A DNA stretch of 63,678 bases, counting the filler, from Neoconidiobolus thromboides FSU 785 (Eukaryota > Fungi > Entomophthoromycota): NCBI GenBank assembly GCA_025603075.1. It is 4 parts of 4 records of this genome, joined end to end, with 100 filler letters (N's around TTAATTAATTAA, not from the genome) between each part and the next. Parts side by side here need not be neighbours in the genome. Positions count along the whole stretch, not along the records: positions 1 to 31,813 come from MU626474.1; 3 more parts are not named here. The stretch is one strand, 5' to 3'. Positions 13,203 through 24,894 of this stretch are shown here, one piece after another. The notes under the pieces were generated by a model. That model was given only the letters and a program-made list of their open reading frames with translations, had not been told where the DNA came from and did no database searches. The position numbers were made by a program, and so were the translations under genes. Each line of letters begins with the position of its first letter. The stretch's first letter is position 1.

Positions 13203-13315
13203 ATATGGGGATGTTTTTTTATTTCATTACTTTTTCCATTTTTTAAGCGCTATTTGGCTATTTGAGTGGAAAGATTGTTAGTAAAATTCTTAAACAAAAG
13301 AATACATCCCTATAT
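13203..13315 (-). mobile_element. MITE-like family copy with internal 8-nt duplication
   Basis: Both termini; GCTATTTG duplicated in the core. Confidence 0.8.
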
Positions 13316-14848
13316 ATTCTAATCATCCTAATTTAAATTCTAGTTTTTACATCCAAGAATATAGAGATAATCTCAATATGTATCAATATGTTTACAAAAC
13401 AATCAATACTTCTTTTCCTTTTCTGAACTGCTTTGGGGTCAATGTAAATTGCTACTACATTTAAATTTGTTAAAAAGTAGTAATATACTAATAAACACAT
13501 ATAGGTCAATTCACAATAAGCTTCACTTATTATAAACAAAACATTTATAGTATAAAGTATTATTGTTAATCTCCACAAAAAACTTATTACCATTATATTA
13601 TCATAAGAGGTCTATTCTAGTCTATAGTATAAACATCGTATAGAATATACTATTACTATCATATAATATTACTATAACATATATTTATGCAGTGAATTGA
13701 GCGCTCTTTTAATATATTAAATAAAAACATAAAAATAGTCAATACCGCTTTGAAGTTCATACTTGAATATTGTAATTGTTAAATGCTTCATATATTATAT
13801 CCAAACACGCATTAGCTTTATCTTGTATATTAAACCATATATGTTTATACTCTTTTTATATACATATCGCGTATTATGGATACCAACTGCATTTTGGTCT
13901 CATTTAAAATGATAACAATTATCCTCTAGAAAGATCAATCACTATTTTATAACATCACTTACACCTAAGGCCAGTATTTAATGTCTATTACGAGACTAAA
14001 ATTAACATAACAATTGTTTATTAAAATAGAAAAGAATTGAAATTTGTGCTCTTTATTCAACCCATATTTTATTTGACCTTGAATGTTAATGCCTATCTAT
14101 TCTTTAATTTAAGCATTATAAAAATAATAATCGATCAACCTTTATATAATCTTCATAGAAAACTAATGATTATGTTATAGAGATATACAATTTTAATAGG
14201 ACATTAACTAAAGAAAAATTGAAATTTGTAATCAATAGAAATAAAATTTATTATAGATCTAAATATTTATAAAGCTAAATAAATTATCTTTAGATATTAA
14301 TAAAGTGTACCGCTCAAATCTTTTTATTGAGTCTTTAATATACTATAATTGACTATTAGAATTTATTACTTTAAGGCTAAATCTTGTATATAAGTAGGAA
14401 TTTTGGGAATTTTATGTTAGATTTTTATTTCTGCTAGGTCTATGACAACTTGTTTTCATAGGGCTTTGTAAATCATTGAAACATCCTCTTTTGGTTATAT
14501 AATATTTATACATATTTTTAAAGTTTTGAGCAAAATTATATTTATAGATTTTTATACTATTAACTTCCATTTATTCACAAAGTGAAATATTTATACTAAA
14601 TAAATAACACGATGTTTAAAGATCATAAAGATTGAGTAAACAAGGCGATTAGCCTTTATAGGATCCTCATATTACAGTTTTATGACCGAGCTTTTAGTTG
14701 AGAAGAATTTTCCACTTTTAAAAAACTTTAACTATAAAACTAAATTATAACATAAATTTTCAACTCTCTTCATTAAAACGTATGTTTATATTAATATATA
14801 AAAGCATTAACTTTTATTCGAATTTTATTTATTTTTGCTTTTTCGAGT

Positions 14849-14951
14849 ATTTGGGAATGTATTTTTGTGTTTAAGGATTTTATTAACAAATTTTCCACTT
14901 AAATAGCGCTTAAAAAATGTAAAAAAATGAAGTCAAAAAAAAACTCCCATT
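14849..14951 (+). mobile_element. MITE-like family copy
   Basis: Family core and termini. Confidence 0.8.
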
Positions 14952-15078
14952 TAATGATTTCTAACTACTCAAAATTATTGGTACATTTTGAAAAATTAAT
15001 CAGCAAATCAAGCAGGTTTGAAATGAATAAAAACTAAACAATCCCACAACTAAAACGTTGACACAATCTCTCTCACTG

Positions 15079-15086
15079 TATAAAAA
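15079..15086 (+). promoter_or_regulatory. TATA box upstream of U2 copy 2
   Basis: TATAAAAA about 31-38 nt upstream of the U2 5' end. Confidence 0.5.
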
Positions 15087-15116
15087 GGTAACCACCCTCA
15101 TTGATTGATCTTTACA

Positions 15117-15303
15117 ATCCTCTCAAGCCTTTTGGCTAAGATCAAGTGTAGTATCTGTTCTTTTCAGTTTAATAACTGAAATTAAGTCTACGGACTTAAA
15201 TGTTATTAACTCAATCTTTGGTTTTCGGAGAAAGCATTGGGCTTGCTCAATGCCTCTCCACAGGTTTCCCTTGTATTGCACTACCGCAGGGTGAAGCCGA
15301 ACT
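15117..15303 (+). ncRNA. U2: U2 spliceosomal snRNA, copy 2
   Basis: ATCCTCTCAAGCCTTTTGGCTAAGATCAAGTGTAGTATCTGTTCTTTTCAGTTTAATAACTGAA; stems IIa/IIb, III and IV (loop TATTGCACTA) visible; identical by eye to copy 1. Confidence 0.95.
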
Positions 15304-15792
15304 CTCATAAAATAATACAAAATTAAATTTCTATAATCTACAATTTACTTAAACACAGTCATAGTCCTATCTCTATCTATTGTATTAATTTGCAAGTATA
15401 ATATTACTTTAAAAAATAATAGCCAAATTAGGATTTAAACTGATATGATTTAAAGATATAATATTTCATTTCAATAAGATCACTTTATAGCTAAGAGTAT
15501 TTTTAATTCAATCTTAAAAACCAAAAAGGGGAATTATACATCATCCGATCTAAAACATAAGTATTTAAAGACTAAAATGACATAAATGAAAGAATTAAAA
15601 AAATAATCATAACATATAAATTAGTTTTGGGTTATTTAACTAAAAAAATATAATTTTGATAAATTGTAATTATTAAATTAAATACATTAAAAAGTTTGAA
15701 TGGGGTATATTATTTAATAATAAGATTAAGCTATAGGTAAAGTATATTCATAAGTATGAATATTGTAAACTATAAATGTAAATTGTGTATTT

Positions 15793-15942
15793 TCATTTAA
15801 AAGCAATGCGATATCTTGGTAGATTTAGTCCTCCAGATGAAGAATCTTCATTACCAGAATCGGAATATTGGCTGAAATCTTGAGGTAAAGCAAGAGATAC
15901 GTTGATATAAGCAAGAAGGATAGTCAAGAAGTAGATGTTCAT
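15793..15942 (-). CDS. Small secreted peptide, 49 aa (MNIYFLTILLAYINVSLA-LPQDFSQYSDSGNEDSSSGGLNLPRYRIAFK); missing from the ORF track
   Basis: Translated by hand; paralog of 6148-6288 with identical VSLALPQDFSQYSD and NEDSS. Confidence 0.65.
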   Translation of the reverse strand: MNIYFLTILLAYINVSLALPQDFSQYSDSGNEDSSSGGLNLPRYRIAFK

Positions 15943-17201
15943 TTTCATTTTTAATAAATCTCATGTTAAAAATTTTCTTAGTTATATAACTTATTAGTAC
16001 AATATTAAATTAATTTAAGTAACAATGGTTAGGGAATATACTCTTTATAGATTTTAAGGGCGGTATTTGAGTGCTTTTTGATCCTATTAATCTTTACCTT
16101 TTTCCCTTAAACTAAGGCTTGTCATTACCAATATTAAAAGTATCCTATTAATTACATCAAATTTTATTTGTTTATAAAACCAAAATAGTTTCTTATCTAT
16201 TAAATAGTAAATAGGTGTTGTTAAATTACAGTAATAAAATTTAAGCTAATTTTGGGAACTATTAAAAGAATGGAATATAAATAGGGATTGTTAATTATTA
16301 AGTAAAATATAAATAGGGATTATTAATTGAATCTTTTATTTATAGTAAGTATAAATATGATATATAAAAAGATATAAAAAGATACAAAAGCTGGACATAT
16401 GAGTCCAGTCATCAGTGTTACATTAAATCTTGTGATTTTCATGACTGTTTTATATGCACTTGATTAAAAATATAATAAGATCAATTTAATAGCTATTAGT
16501 ACCATTCAATGCATAAAAGTATGTTAGCCGAGATATTTGTATTATTGACAGGGATTTTTGTTAATATTAAAAGGAATTTTTAAATAGGAGTATACCTAGT
16601 TTAATTAAATACAATTTCACCAGCACTTCTACTTTATTAACCAATGATTTATGTTACAAGTTTTATAATGAAAAAGGATGATTGTAATAATAGTCCCTAG
16701 TTGAGTATTTGTAAATATCAATCACACTAAGTTCATGTAAAAACATTCATAGCATCAGCAGAACAGTAGACGGTTAAAGCTATATTTGGAGTGCTTGAAG
16801 TGTTTTTTTGTTAGAAAGACAATATGGTTCAAGCTATATAGTTTTGTTATATCAAAGGTATGATGATAAACACATTTTATTATGGAAAAAGCCATTTTCA
16901 AATATCTAATATATATGGTAACAAACGTAAACACAGATGTTATCAGCAAGTGGGCATTTTAAAAATCCTTGAAAGGATCATCCATTGCTACTATTGATTA
17001 CTTTTATAAAAAGTCGTTCAAACTAAAAAGGCTTCAAAATCAAATATACTAAAACCAGTGAATCAACGATGTAAAAATAATTAATAATTAAAACTCCTAT
17101 TATCCTTCTATTGTTAAAATGTAATTTATAAAATTGGCTTTAATTCAAAAGTGCATTTTAATTATATATTAAATTTTCCTTAGTATCATATTAATGAAAC
17201 A

Positions 17202-17273
17202 TCCTCATTGGTCCAGTGGTTAGGATCCCACGCTCTCACCGTGGTGGCCAGGGTTCGATTCCCTGATGGGGAG
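17202..17273 (+). tRNA. tRNA-Glu (anticodon CTC)
   Basis: Acceptor TCCTCAT/ATGGGGA, D-loop TGGTCCAGTGG, anticodon loop CTCTCAC, T-loop GGTTCGATTCC, downstream T-run. Confidence 0.95.
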
Positions 17274-17529
17274 AAACAAAGTCTAGTCTTTTATTTTTAC
17301 TCCTAAAACAGTGAAGAGTATTTAACCATTAGATTGGTTTCTAAATTATGTTATATCTATAAACTAAAAATTATTAGTACTTTTTAATTAAACATAAAAT
17401 AAAGTGAGATGCTATTACTTATGTTTTAAATTAAACATTTTTTAATAGTACTGATTTAGCTAATTTTTGTTTTCACCAGAATTGTAGACTAATAAAATAA
17501 TCTGACTTTTTATAAAATTCAGCTTAACT

Positions 17530-17633
17530 ATTTGGGGATGTTTTTTTGGTTTCATTACTTTTTCCATTTTTTAAGTGTCACTTGAGTGGAAAGATTTTTA
17601 GTAAAATTCTTAAGTACAAAAATCACCCTCATT
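17530..17633 (-). mobile_element. MITE-like family copy
   Basis: Family core and termini. Confidence 0.75.
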
Positions 17634-17795
17634 TAAAGTTTTAAAAAAGGTTTAAATACCATATTATCAATAATTGTAAAAAAGCTATTTTAATTATATA
17701 AACGAAGACTTTTTAATTTACAATCGGTTAACTAAGCGAAAACTGCTTTTAGCTTTAATTACTGAGTACTAAATTTTATAAAACAAAAAGTAATT

Positions 17796-17900
17796 ATATG
17801 GGGATGTATTTTTGTGTTTAAGGATTTTAATAACAATCTTTCTACTTAAATAGCGCTTAAAAAACGTAAAAGTAATGAAATCAAAAAAACATCCCCAAAT
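17796..17900 (+). mobile_element. MITE-like family copy
   Basis: Family core and termini. Confidence 0.8.
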
Positions 17901-18050
17901 AGTTTCTATTAATATATAATATAAATAATAAAAAATAAATCCAATCTTATTAAAATTAAACATAGTAAAATTTAGAAAAAAAAAGTTATCATATTAAAAT
18001 GCTATATATAAAACACTATAATTATAATCTTATATAATTATCAAGTATAG

Positions 18051-18090
18051 ATATCAAAATATCAAAATATCAAAATATCAAAATATCGAA
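18051..18090. repeat. Tandem repeat (ATATCAAA) x ~5
   Basis: Read directly from the sequence. Confidence 0.8.
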
Positions 18091-18562
18091 ATTTCATTTT
18101 TACAAAAAATTTAAAAAGGACTTAGTTATATATAATTTTATAAATATATATAATTTTAACTATAAAATTATTTGAGATTAATTAAATATATGATATAAAC
18201 TATAATAAAATTAATTGCAAAAATATAGTTACTGGTATAATTAACTAATTATATTATAATATTTATTTATCATTAAGTTAGTCAAATAATAATTCATATT
18301 TATAGTTATTATTTAATCAAGTTATTTTAAAATAATAAAACTTATATTTAATCTAATAAAATTTTATTTAAAAATATGATTCTAGTTGGTATTATAATAG
18401 CTTAAAATAATCTTTGAGCTGAATACTATTAAGCTACCTTTTGAATTTTGACCATGGGTAACGTTATATAAAGCAGTTTCACAAATTGAAAAGTTAATCA
18501 AGAAACAATACAAACTTTGTTAGTATAAGGTATTATATAGCTTAAGTAAAATAGCTTATTAA

Positions 18563-18633
18563 GTCATTGTAGTATAGTGGTAGTACACCGCGTTGTGGCC
18601 GCGATAGCGGGGGTTCGATTCCCCCCAATGACA
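18563..18633 (+). tRNA. tRNA-His (anticodon GTG)
   Basis: Acceptor GTCATTG/CAATGAC, anticodon loop TTGTGGC, T-arm GGGGG TTCGATT CCCCC, downstream T-runs. Confidence 0.93.
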
Positions 18634-18702
18634 TATTTTAATTTTCAATATTTATTATTTATTTACATCAAAGCATTCAGATAAAATAATCTATACTTTT
18701 AC

Positions 18703-18808
18703 ATATGGGAATGTTTTTGATTTCATCATCACTTTTACGTTTTTTAAACGCTATTTGAGTGGAAAGATTGTTAGTAAAATTCTTAAACAAAAAAGTACAT
18801 CCCCATAT
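18703..18808 (-). mobile_element. MITE-like family copy
   Basis: Family core and termini. Confidence 0.8.
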
Positions 18809-19361
18809 TCTGGTTTCATTTTTAATATTTAAAGACAAAACAAATAGGATAAATTAATCCAGGTTAATTATGAAATATATTTATAAGTTTTTTAAAATGT
18901 TATATAAGGCTAATCTTTAATACTATTTAAAGTTAAACATATTGTCAAAGTACTTCCCAATAAAAAAATAACTCACTTACATTATAATTAAAACTGTATA
19001 CTAGTATGATCTATAAAATTGTTAAAAAAAATAATTACAAGGATGGTTTTAATTTTTAGCTAATAGGTTACATTTAATTTACTAATTTTGATTATGAAAA
19101 TATCTAACTGGGCATCTAATAAAAGTTTACATTTATTTTAGATACATGCTTAAACAAATCTTTAATAATCTCAATTGTATTTTGTTATTTTAATAAAACA
19201 ATAGGGGATAATATTATTAAATAATATGGAACTTATGTTGAGTTTACATTTTGATATTTATGTAACTTTTAAAACCCATCGAGCCTGCCTATATTCTTTG
19301 ATTTTTGATTATTGAATTTTTTTTAAATATTCTACACTTAAAAACGATATTAGTTGTAAAC

Positions 19362-19465
19362 ATATGGGGATGTATTTGTGTTTAAGGGTTTTACTAACAG
19401 TTTTTTCATTCAAATAGCGCTTAAAAAATGGAAAAATAATGAAACTAAAAAAAACAGCTCCATAT
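19362..19465 (+). mobile_element. MITE-like family copy
   Basis: Family core and termini. Confidence 0.8.
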
Positions 19466-20084
19466 GAAATTTCAAATATAGAATTATAGTAAACTACTAA
19501 TTCACTCTCTATTTTATCCTTATGTGTAATATCTGTAAGTTATTGTAGTTGATTAAACGCTTTGATAGCTTCAAAAATTAATTTTTGAATTAAACATATT
19601 TTAAAAAAATAGACAATAGGCTTATTCTTAAAGGTGACAGACAGGATTTACATAAAATCTAAAAAAAGGAGAAAATGATACGGCGAAATAAAGCTACTTA
19701 TACTATAAAAATAGCACTGTCTGTTGTATAAGTGATATTATTTTTGAAGATAACATAAATTTATTAATAAAGGGTGCAGGATTTTATTTAAAGAAAGAAT
19801 AAAATAGGATATGAAGTTCTAAATTATTTCAAGAAATTTAGACGGAAATTTTATTTTGCTTTGATTTTTCATTACGGAATCTCAGAGCAAATAATCAAGC
19901 TTAAAAGTAAATTATCAAACAGTAGCATAAAACATATACTTATTTTTAATCAAGTTAACGGAGGAATAAAAACTCAATTCCGCTATATGAAAAAAAGGGA
20001 GGTGAGAAAAAGCAGGAAAAAGTATATAAAAAGAAAATAGGAAAGGCATAAAATCGCAAAAAACTGTAAATTATATATTTAAAA

Positions 20085-20363
20085 ATGAAATTCAATACTG
20101 TTGCTTTAGTTGCTCTCCTTTCATTGACTACCGTTGAGTCTTTTTCTTTATTTAACAAAGCTAAATCTATGTTTAAACGTGGCCCAAGCAAAGATAAATG
20201 TTTACGTGCCAATAACCAAAGCTATGGTTGGGCTCAAGTTTCTTCTGGTAACTATCCACCATGCTGGATTGAAAACGGTGGTAAATATGATTGCTATGAT
20301 TACGTTGATAAGAATGCTAAGAAATGTAACAACTGGGGTGGTATGTTCGATCGTACAAAATAA
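20085..20363 (+). CDS. Small secreted cysteine-rich protein, one module (paralog 1)
   Basis: Signal peptide, pro-segment FSLFNKAKSMFKR, module PPCWIENGGKYDCY...C..W.GMFD; TATA (TATATAAAAAG) upstream; biased codons. Confidence 0.85.
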   Translation: MKFNTVALVALLSLTTVESFSLFNKAKSMFKRGPSKDKCLRANNQSYGWAQVSSGNYPPCWIENGGKYDCYDYVDKNAKKCNNWGGMFDRTK

Positions 20364-20957
20364 ATATAAAATGTTATGCCTTGTTATTATGCTCACAATA
20401 AAAACACACTATTTTCAATGAACACTTTTGACGTTTTTTAATCTTAGTGATAAAAATGATGTTCTTATTCGAGTTTTTCTATTTATATTAATATTATAAA
20501 ATAACAAATGTTGAAAACAATCTTGTTGACTAAAAGATTTATTAATGAATGATATCATCTTATTAAAGTATCTTAATATAATATAAAAGCTTCTTATAAA
20601 CGTAATTTAAGGGTTCCTCATCTTTTAACTCTGAGATGAGCCGAATCTCTACTCAAGTAGTATCACTTATGATGGTTATTATCTGTATATACCTTTGTAT
20701 ATAAGGAAATTCTATTATAGAGAATTTAATTGATTTAAAAATAAAAAATGTGTTAAATTATTTCAATAAACTTTAGTTTAATCTTACATGTATTTTATTA
20801 CAAGTGTATAATTGTATCCAGCCGTGAGATCTTAGCTTGTAAATTCAATTGGTTCTAAAAAAGTAACCTCATTTACAAATTTATAAATTAAATTTTTTAC
20901 CTTTACTTTCTTGAACGAAAACCACTGATAATATTAAAATTACATTTCTTCAAAAAA

Positions 20958-22845
20958 ATGGGGCAAAGAGAAAAAAATAAGAGAAGAGGTTCAAGCAGAG
21001 AAAGAGGGGAAGATAAAAGGATAGATTTTGATTATTTAGATAAAGAAGACTATGGCAGCGTAGGGTTTCATTGGCATAAAAAAGATAAAGATTCTAAAAG
21101 AGAAGTGGATAGAGAAGAAGCAGAGGTAACATTAATAATAAATCTCGGATGATAAATTCTAACTTAGTAGATGGAATTAAAAAAACTAAAAATGCGGAGA
21201 GAACAGAGAGAAAGAGAGAGAGCAGTAAGAGAAGAAGAGAGGCTCCAGCAGCAGAGGCAAAGGGATTTGGAAACTTTAGGAGATTGGGAATCTAGAGAGA
21301 TTAAGTTTCATTTAGATCAATTAAATAAACGAGCAGAATTGAGGATTAATAATAATAGAGCAAAAGCAATCGATTATTTAGCTATTATAGTGCCCTTATT
21401 GAAAGAAGAGAAAATTAATGATGATATGTTTTCCGCATTAGATAAGGTTATGCCGCTAGAAATACCATATAAATTAATAGAAGAGATTGATACAGAAGAG
21501 TTAAGAGAATGTAAAAAAGACAGTCAAATTTATTTGGAATTAGAAGAAGAAAAGGAAGTAATAAATTACTGGAATAAAGTCAACTATCTAATAAATGAAA
21601 AGTTAATTAACGTTGATTATTTAAAAGAACGTATCCCTATTGAAGTATTAAACCAAATTGACAATATGATGAGAGACAAAACTTTGGAGCAACTGAATAA
21701 TTTAAAGGGTAAAATTGAACAAAAATTAAATTCCAAACTGCCCATTGATATTGATTATTGGGAATTAAATTTAAAAAGAGTCAAAATATGGAAAATAAAG
21801 GTAACATATAGTGTAGTATTTTATTATAAAAGTGTGACAATATTTGTATTTTAGAAAGAACTATACAGCACTCATAATAATGTTTTAAACAAATGGATTG
21901 ATATTATAAAATATAAACAGATTGAATTAGCACAAGAAAATATAAAATTGCTAAAAATGAAAATCGATAAGTTAAATTTAAAGGTAATATACCATCAATT
22001 TTAGTATTATTTAATAGCTTGTACATTTAGAACTCCAATCAAGAAGTAATTTACGATGAAGAGTTAATGGAACCTAAATTACTACCTTTGAATAGTAATG
22101 TTAAAACCGTTGATTATCAAGAAGATAGGTTGAAGTTGGTAATATTTAATATTTAGCATCTTATATTAGCATTTAATATTGCATGTAGTTAAAAAAGCGT
22201 AAAGAAATCTTGAAACAACTCAGTGATTATGGAATGATTAAAAAGAATGAAATAATTAAAGAAATAGAAAACCCTGTCAATATAGAAGAAGCTAAACAAT
22301 ATGCAACTAAGCTATTTAACGAGGAAAGAGAAGGTAAGATTAAAAGAGGAGAAGAGTTAGATGAGGATGAAGAAATCTTTTCGGCTGAAGCAAAATTGGA
22401 TTTTATTAGAGTAAATTATTAGCTACTTACATGTAATATAATAACGATTATGTTTTTATAGAATAGTGCTTCAGTAAATGGTGATGGTTTATTAAAAAAG
22501 CCTTTGTATTTTAATCGAGTCAATGTCGGCTATGAATGGAACAAATATAACCAGACACATTATGATTTAGATAATCCACCACCAAAAACAGTACAAGGAT
22601 ATAAATTTCATATTTATTATCCAGAATTAAAGAATTTCACTCCAACGTATGATTTAATTGACGACCCAATCTCGGAAGATACTCAAATTATTATATTTAA
22701 GGCTAAAGAACCATATAAAGATTTGGGTTTTAGAATTGTTAAAAAAGATTGGGAGCTATCTCACAAAAGAGGGTTTAAATCGGCCTTTATTAATAACACC
22801 CTTTATCTATATTTTTCATTTAAAAGATTACATTATCGTAGATAA
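20958..22845 (+). CDS. CACTIN: Cactin (spliceosome-associated protein), 6 exons
   Basis: Middle domain WESREIKFHLDQ..RAELRINNNRAKAIDYL, IDIDYWE, and C-terminal YFNRV..GYEWNKYNQTHYDLDNPPPKTVQGYKFHIYYPEL; canonical introns join the ORF-track pieces in frame. Confidence 0.95.
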
Positions 22846-22891
22846 ATAAAGTTTGAATGTTAAGTTTAAATAGTGTTTATTTTAAAAAAAT

Positions 22892-23338
22892 TTAAATTTC
22901 AATCATACCGCCCCATGGACATTTGCCTCCTGATTTATCATAACAGTCATATTTGCCACCGTTCTCTTGCCAGCATTTAGGACAGCTTTCTTTGGCAGGA
23001 TAACACAAAGTACCCATATTACCTCTGTTACAGCTATCAGCAGGTGGTTTGTTACCACCATTACCTTGCTTTGTGCGATCAAACATACCATTCCAGTTAT
23101 CGCATTGAGTACCTGATTTGTAGTCATAGCAATCATATTTACCACCGTTTTCAATCCAGCATGGTGGATATTTGCCAGAAGAAACTTGAGCCCAACCATA
23201 GCTTTGGTTATTAGCAATCAAACATTTGCTATTGTCAGCTGCACGGGTAAAGACGTGTTTGATTTTGTTAATCAAACTGAAACTTTCAATGCTTCCAGCG
23301 GCTAATAAGGTTAATCCAACAATGCTGTTCAATTTCAT
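22892..23338 (-). CDS. Small secreted cysteine-rich protein, two modules (paralog 2)
   Basis: Signal peptide, pro-segment FSLINKIKHVFTR, two CW..NGGKYDCY..C..W.GM modules (4 + 6 Cys). Confidence 0.88.
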   Translation of the reverse strand: MKLNSIVGLTLLAAGSIESFSLINKIKHVFTRAADNSKCLIANNQSYGWAQVSSGKYPPCWIENGGKYDCYDYKSGTQCDNWNGMFDRTKQGNGGNKPPADSCNRGNMGTLCYPAKESCPKCWQENGGKYDCYDKSGGKCPWGGMIEI

Positions 23339-24448
23339 TTTATCTGTTAATTTACAAAAAATGTTCTTTACAAATATTTACAATAAATGTTTTTTTAATG
23401 ATTTTAGACATGGATTTTGTTTCTTTATATATTCTTCATTTTATCAAATACGTCAAATCTTTCATTTCTCTCCTTCAAAATTTAATCCGCGTCTCACCTA
23501 CTTTTTCACTGCTTTATTTTATAATTATTCTTTAAATCTCGGAGTGCGATTTTAATGATCTTTTAATTTATTCCGTGCTTTTATTCAAATAGTGTAGGTG
23601 TAAATTGGACTTTTTTTTGTTTTCTTGGCCCCCGATTGGTTGATTCTGCAATTATTTGAGTCCTATTTATAATTTTGATAGTTTATACATGTCCAATACA
23701 ATAATTACTCCTTTTAAACATTTTTGATGATATTGTCAGATACAGATAAATTTCTCTTATTATAACTTTGCTTATAATTACATATATGTTACTATTGATA
23801 TTAATTATATATATCATATATACAAATCTATTAAATAATAGAGTTACTAAGCTAAATGTTGAATTTTTAAAACTTGTAATTTATAGCTGTTAATCCGAAA
23901 TCCAGGATAATAATTTTTTTCTAAAAATAAAATAAAATGATCAATTTGAGTGCACTATATGCCGTTAAAATTGTAAAGAGCATTATACAAATTCTAAACT
24001 AAGTTAAAATAATATTTGGATTTCATTAGGCGTCTCAATAAATAAATAGCTGCTATTAAAATGAGCTTTTTAATCATACAATGTGATATACACTTAAAAA
24101 AGATTTATTGAACACAAAATAAATATTAGTTAAGTAGGTTAATAGCCTATTAAAAATAGCAAATATAATAAAGATTTGTATTTGTCCCACCATAAAGTTT
24201 ATAACAAAATGTAAACTTAATTGATTTTTTTTAGATGGGTTGTTAAAACAAGAAGATAGGTTGTTGCTTTTGGCTTATTATAACAATATATCCATTTTAA
24301 TGTATAAAATAGTAAAATGAGCCATCAGTTATACCAAATATTTTTAAGCAGTCTATAAATTTTTTAAACATTTTTATATATATCTATAAATCTATTGGCT
24401 ATTTTATTTTTGACAGTTTATAAATTAGAAACACTATATTAGAATACT

Positions 24449-24553
24449 ATATGAGGATGTATTTTTTCGTTTAAGAATTTTATTAACAATCTTTCCACTC
24501 AAATAGTACTCAAAAATGGAAAAAGTAATGAAAACAAAAAAACATCCTCATAT
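24449..24553 (+). mobile_element. MITE-like family copy
   Basis: Family core and termini. Confidence 0.8.
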
Positions 24554-24894
24554 TAATAAACTAATAGTATTAAAAAGAATATTCATAGCCATGTTGTATA
24601 CTAAAAGCATCTGGCTATAATAGCGATTTGTTTTTAGCATATATTTTATCTTATATCCAATATTCAAAGTAGCAAACACTTGAAATTGTTTATGTAAATT
24701 ATAAAATAATATAAAGTATTATGTTTTTTTCAATAATTTTAAGATAAAATTTAAATAAAATAATCTTTATAAAAATTATATGCAACTCTATATATTTTAA
24801 ATAGAAACCCAGTAATCTCCAAATAGGGAATATTATACCAAAGGTAAGAAGGTATTGGAGAAAAGTGAAGTTAAATAAAAGTACGTTAAACTAG

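Larger units (their letters stand above)
15097..16235 (-). repeat. Right arm of the inverted segmental duplication (U2 snRNA + peptide gene)
   Basis: Reverse complement of 5860-7104. Confidence 0.85.

Noticed and set aside
13333-14100. Hydrophobic ORF 13333-13593 and nearby frames (also 16755-16949)
   Set aside because: Many stops and no recognisable motif; cannot be told apart from AT-rich noise by eye.
17769-17963. ORFs containing KRYLS.KI..KILKHKN.SPY (also 45563-45862, 49272-49511, 61445-61636)
   Set aside because: The shared peptide is just the MITE read in one frame.
18588-18605. C27:A43 mismatch in the tRNA-His anticodon stem
   Set aside because: Mismatches at this position are commonly tolerated and the rest of the cloverleaf is normal.
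19955-20421. Overlapping or antisense ORFs around the Cys-rich genes (19955, 20134, 20202, 22903, 23226, 31164, 31304, 31362)
   Set aside because: Shadow frames of codon-biased real genes; similarity between them only reflects the paralogy.
6898-22845. U2 copies and cactin as a splicing gene cluster
   Set aside because: Separated by unrelated genes; no shared regulatory feature seen; most likely coincidence.
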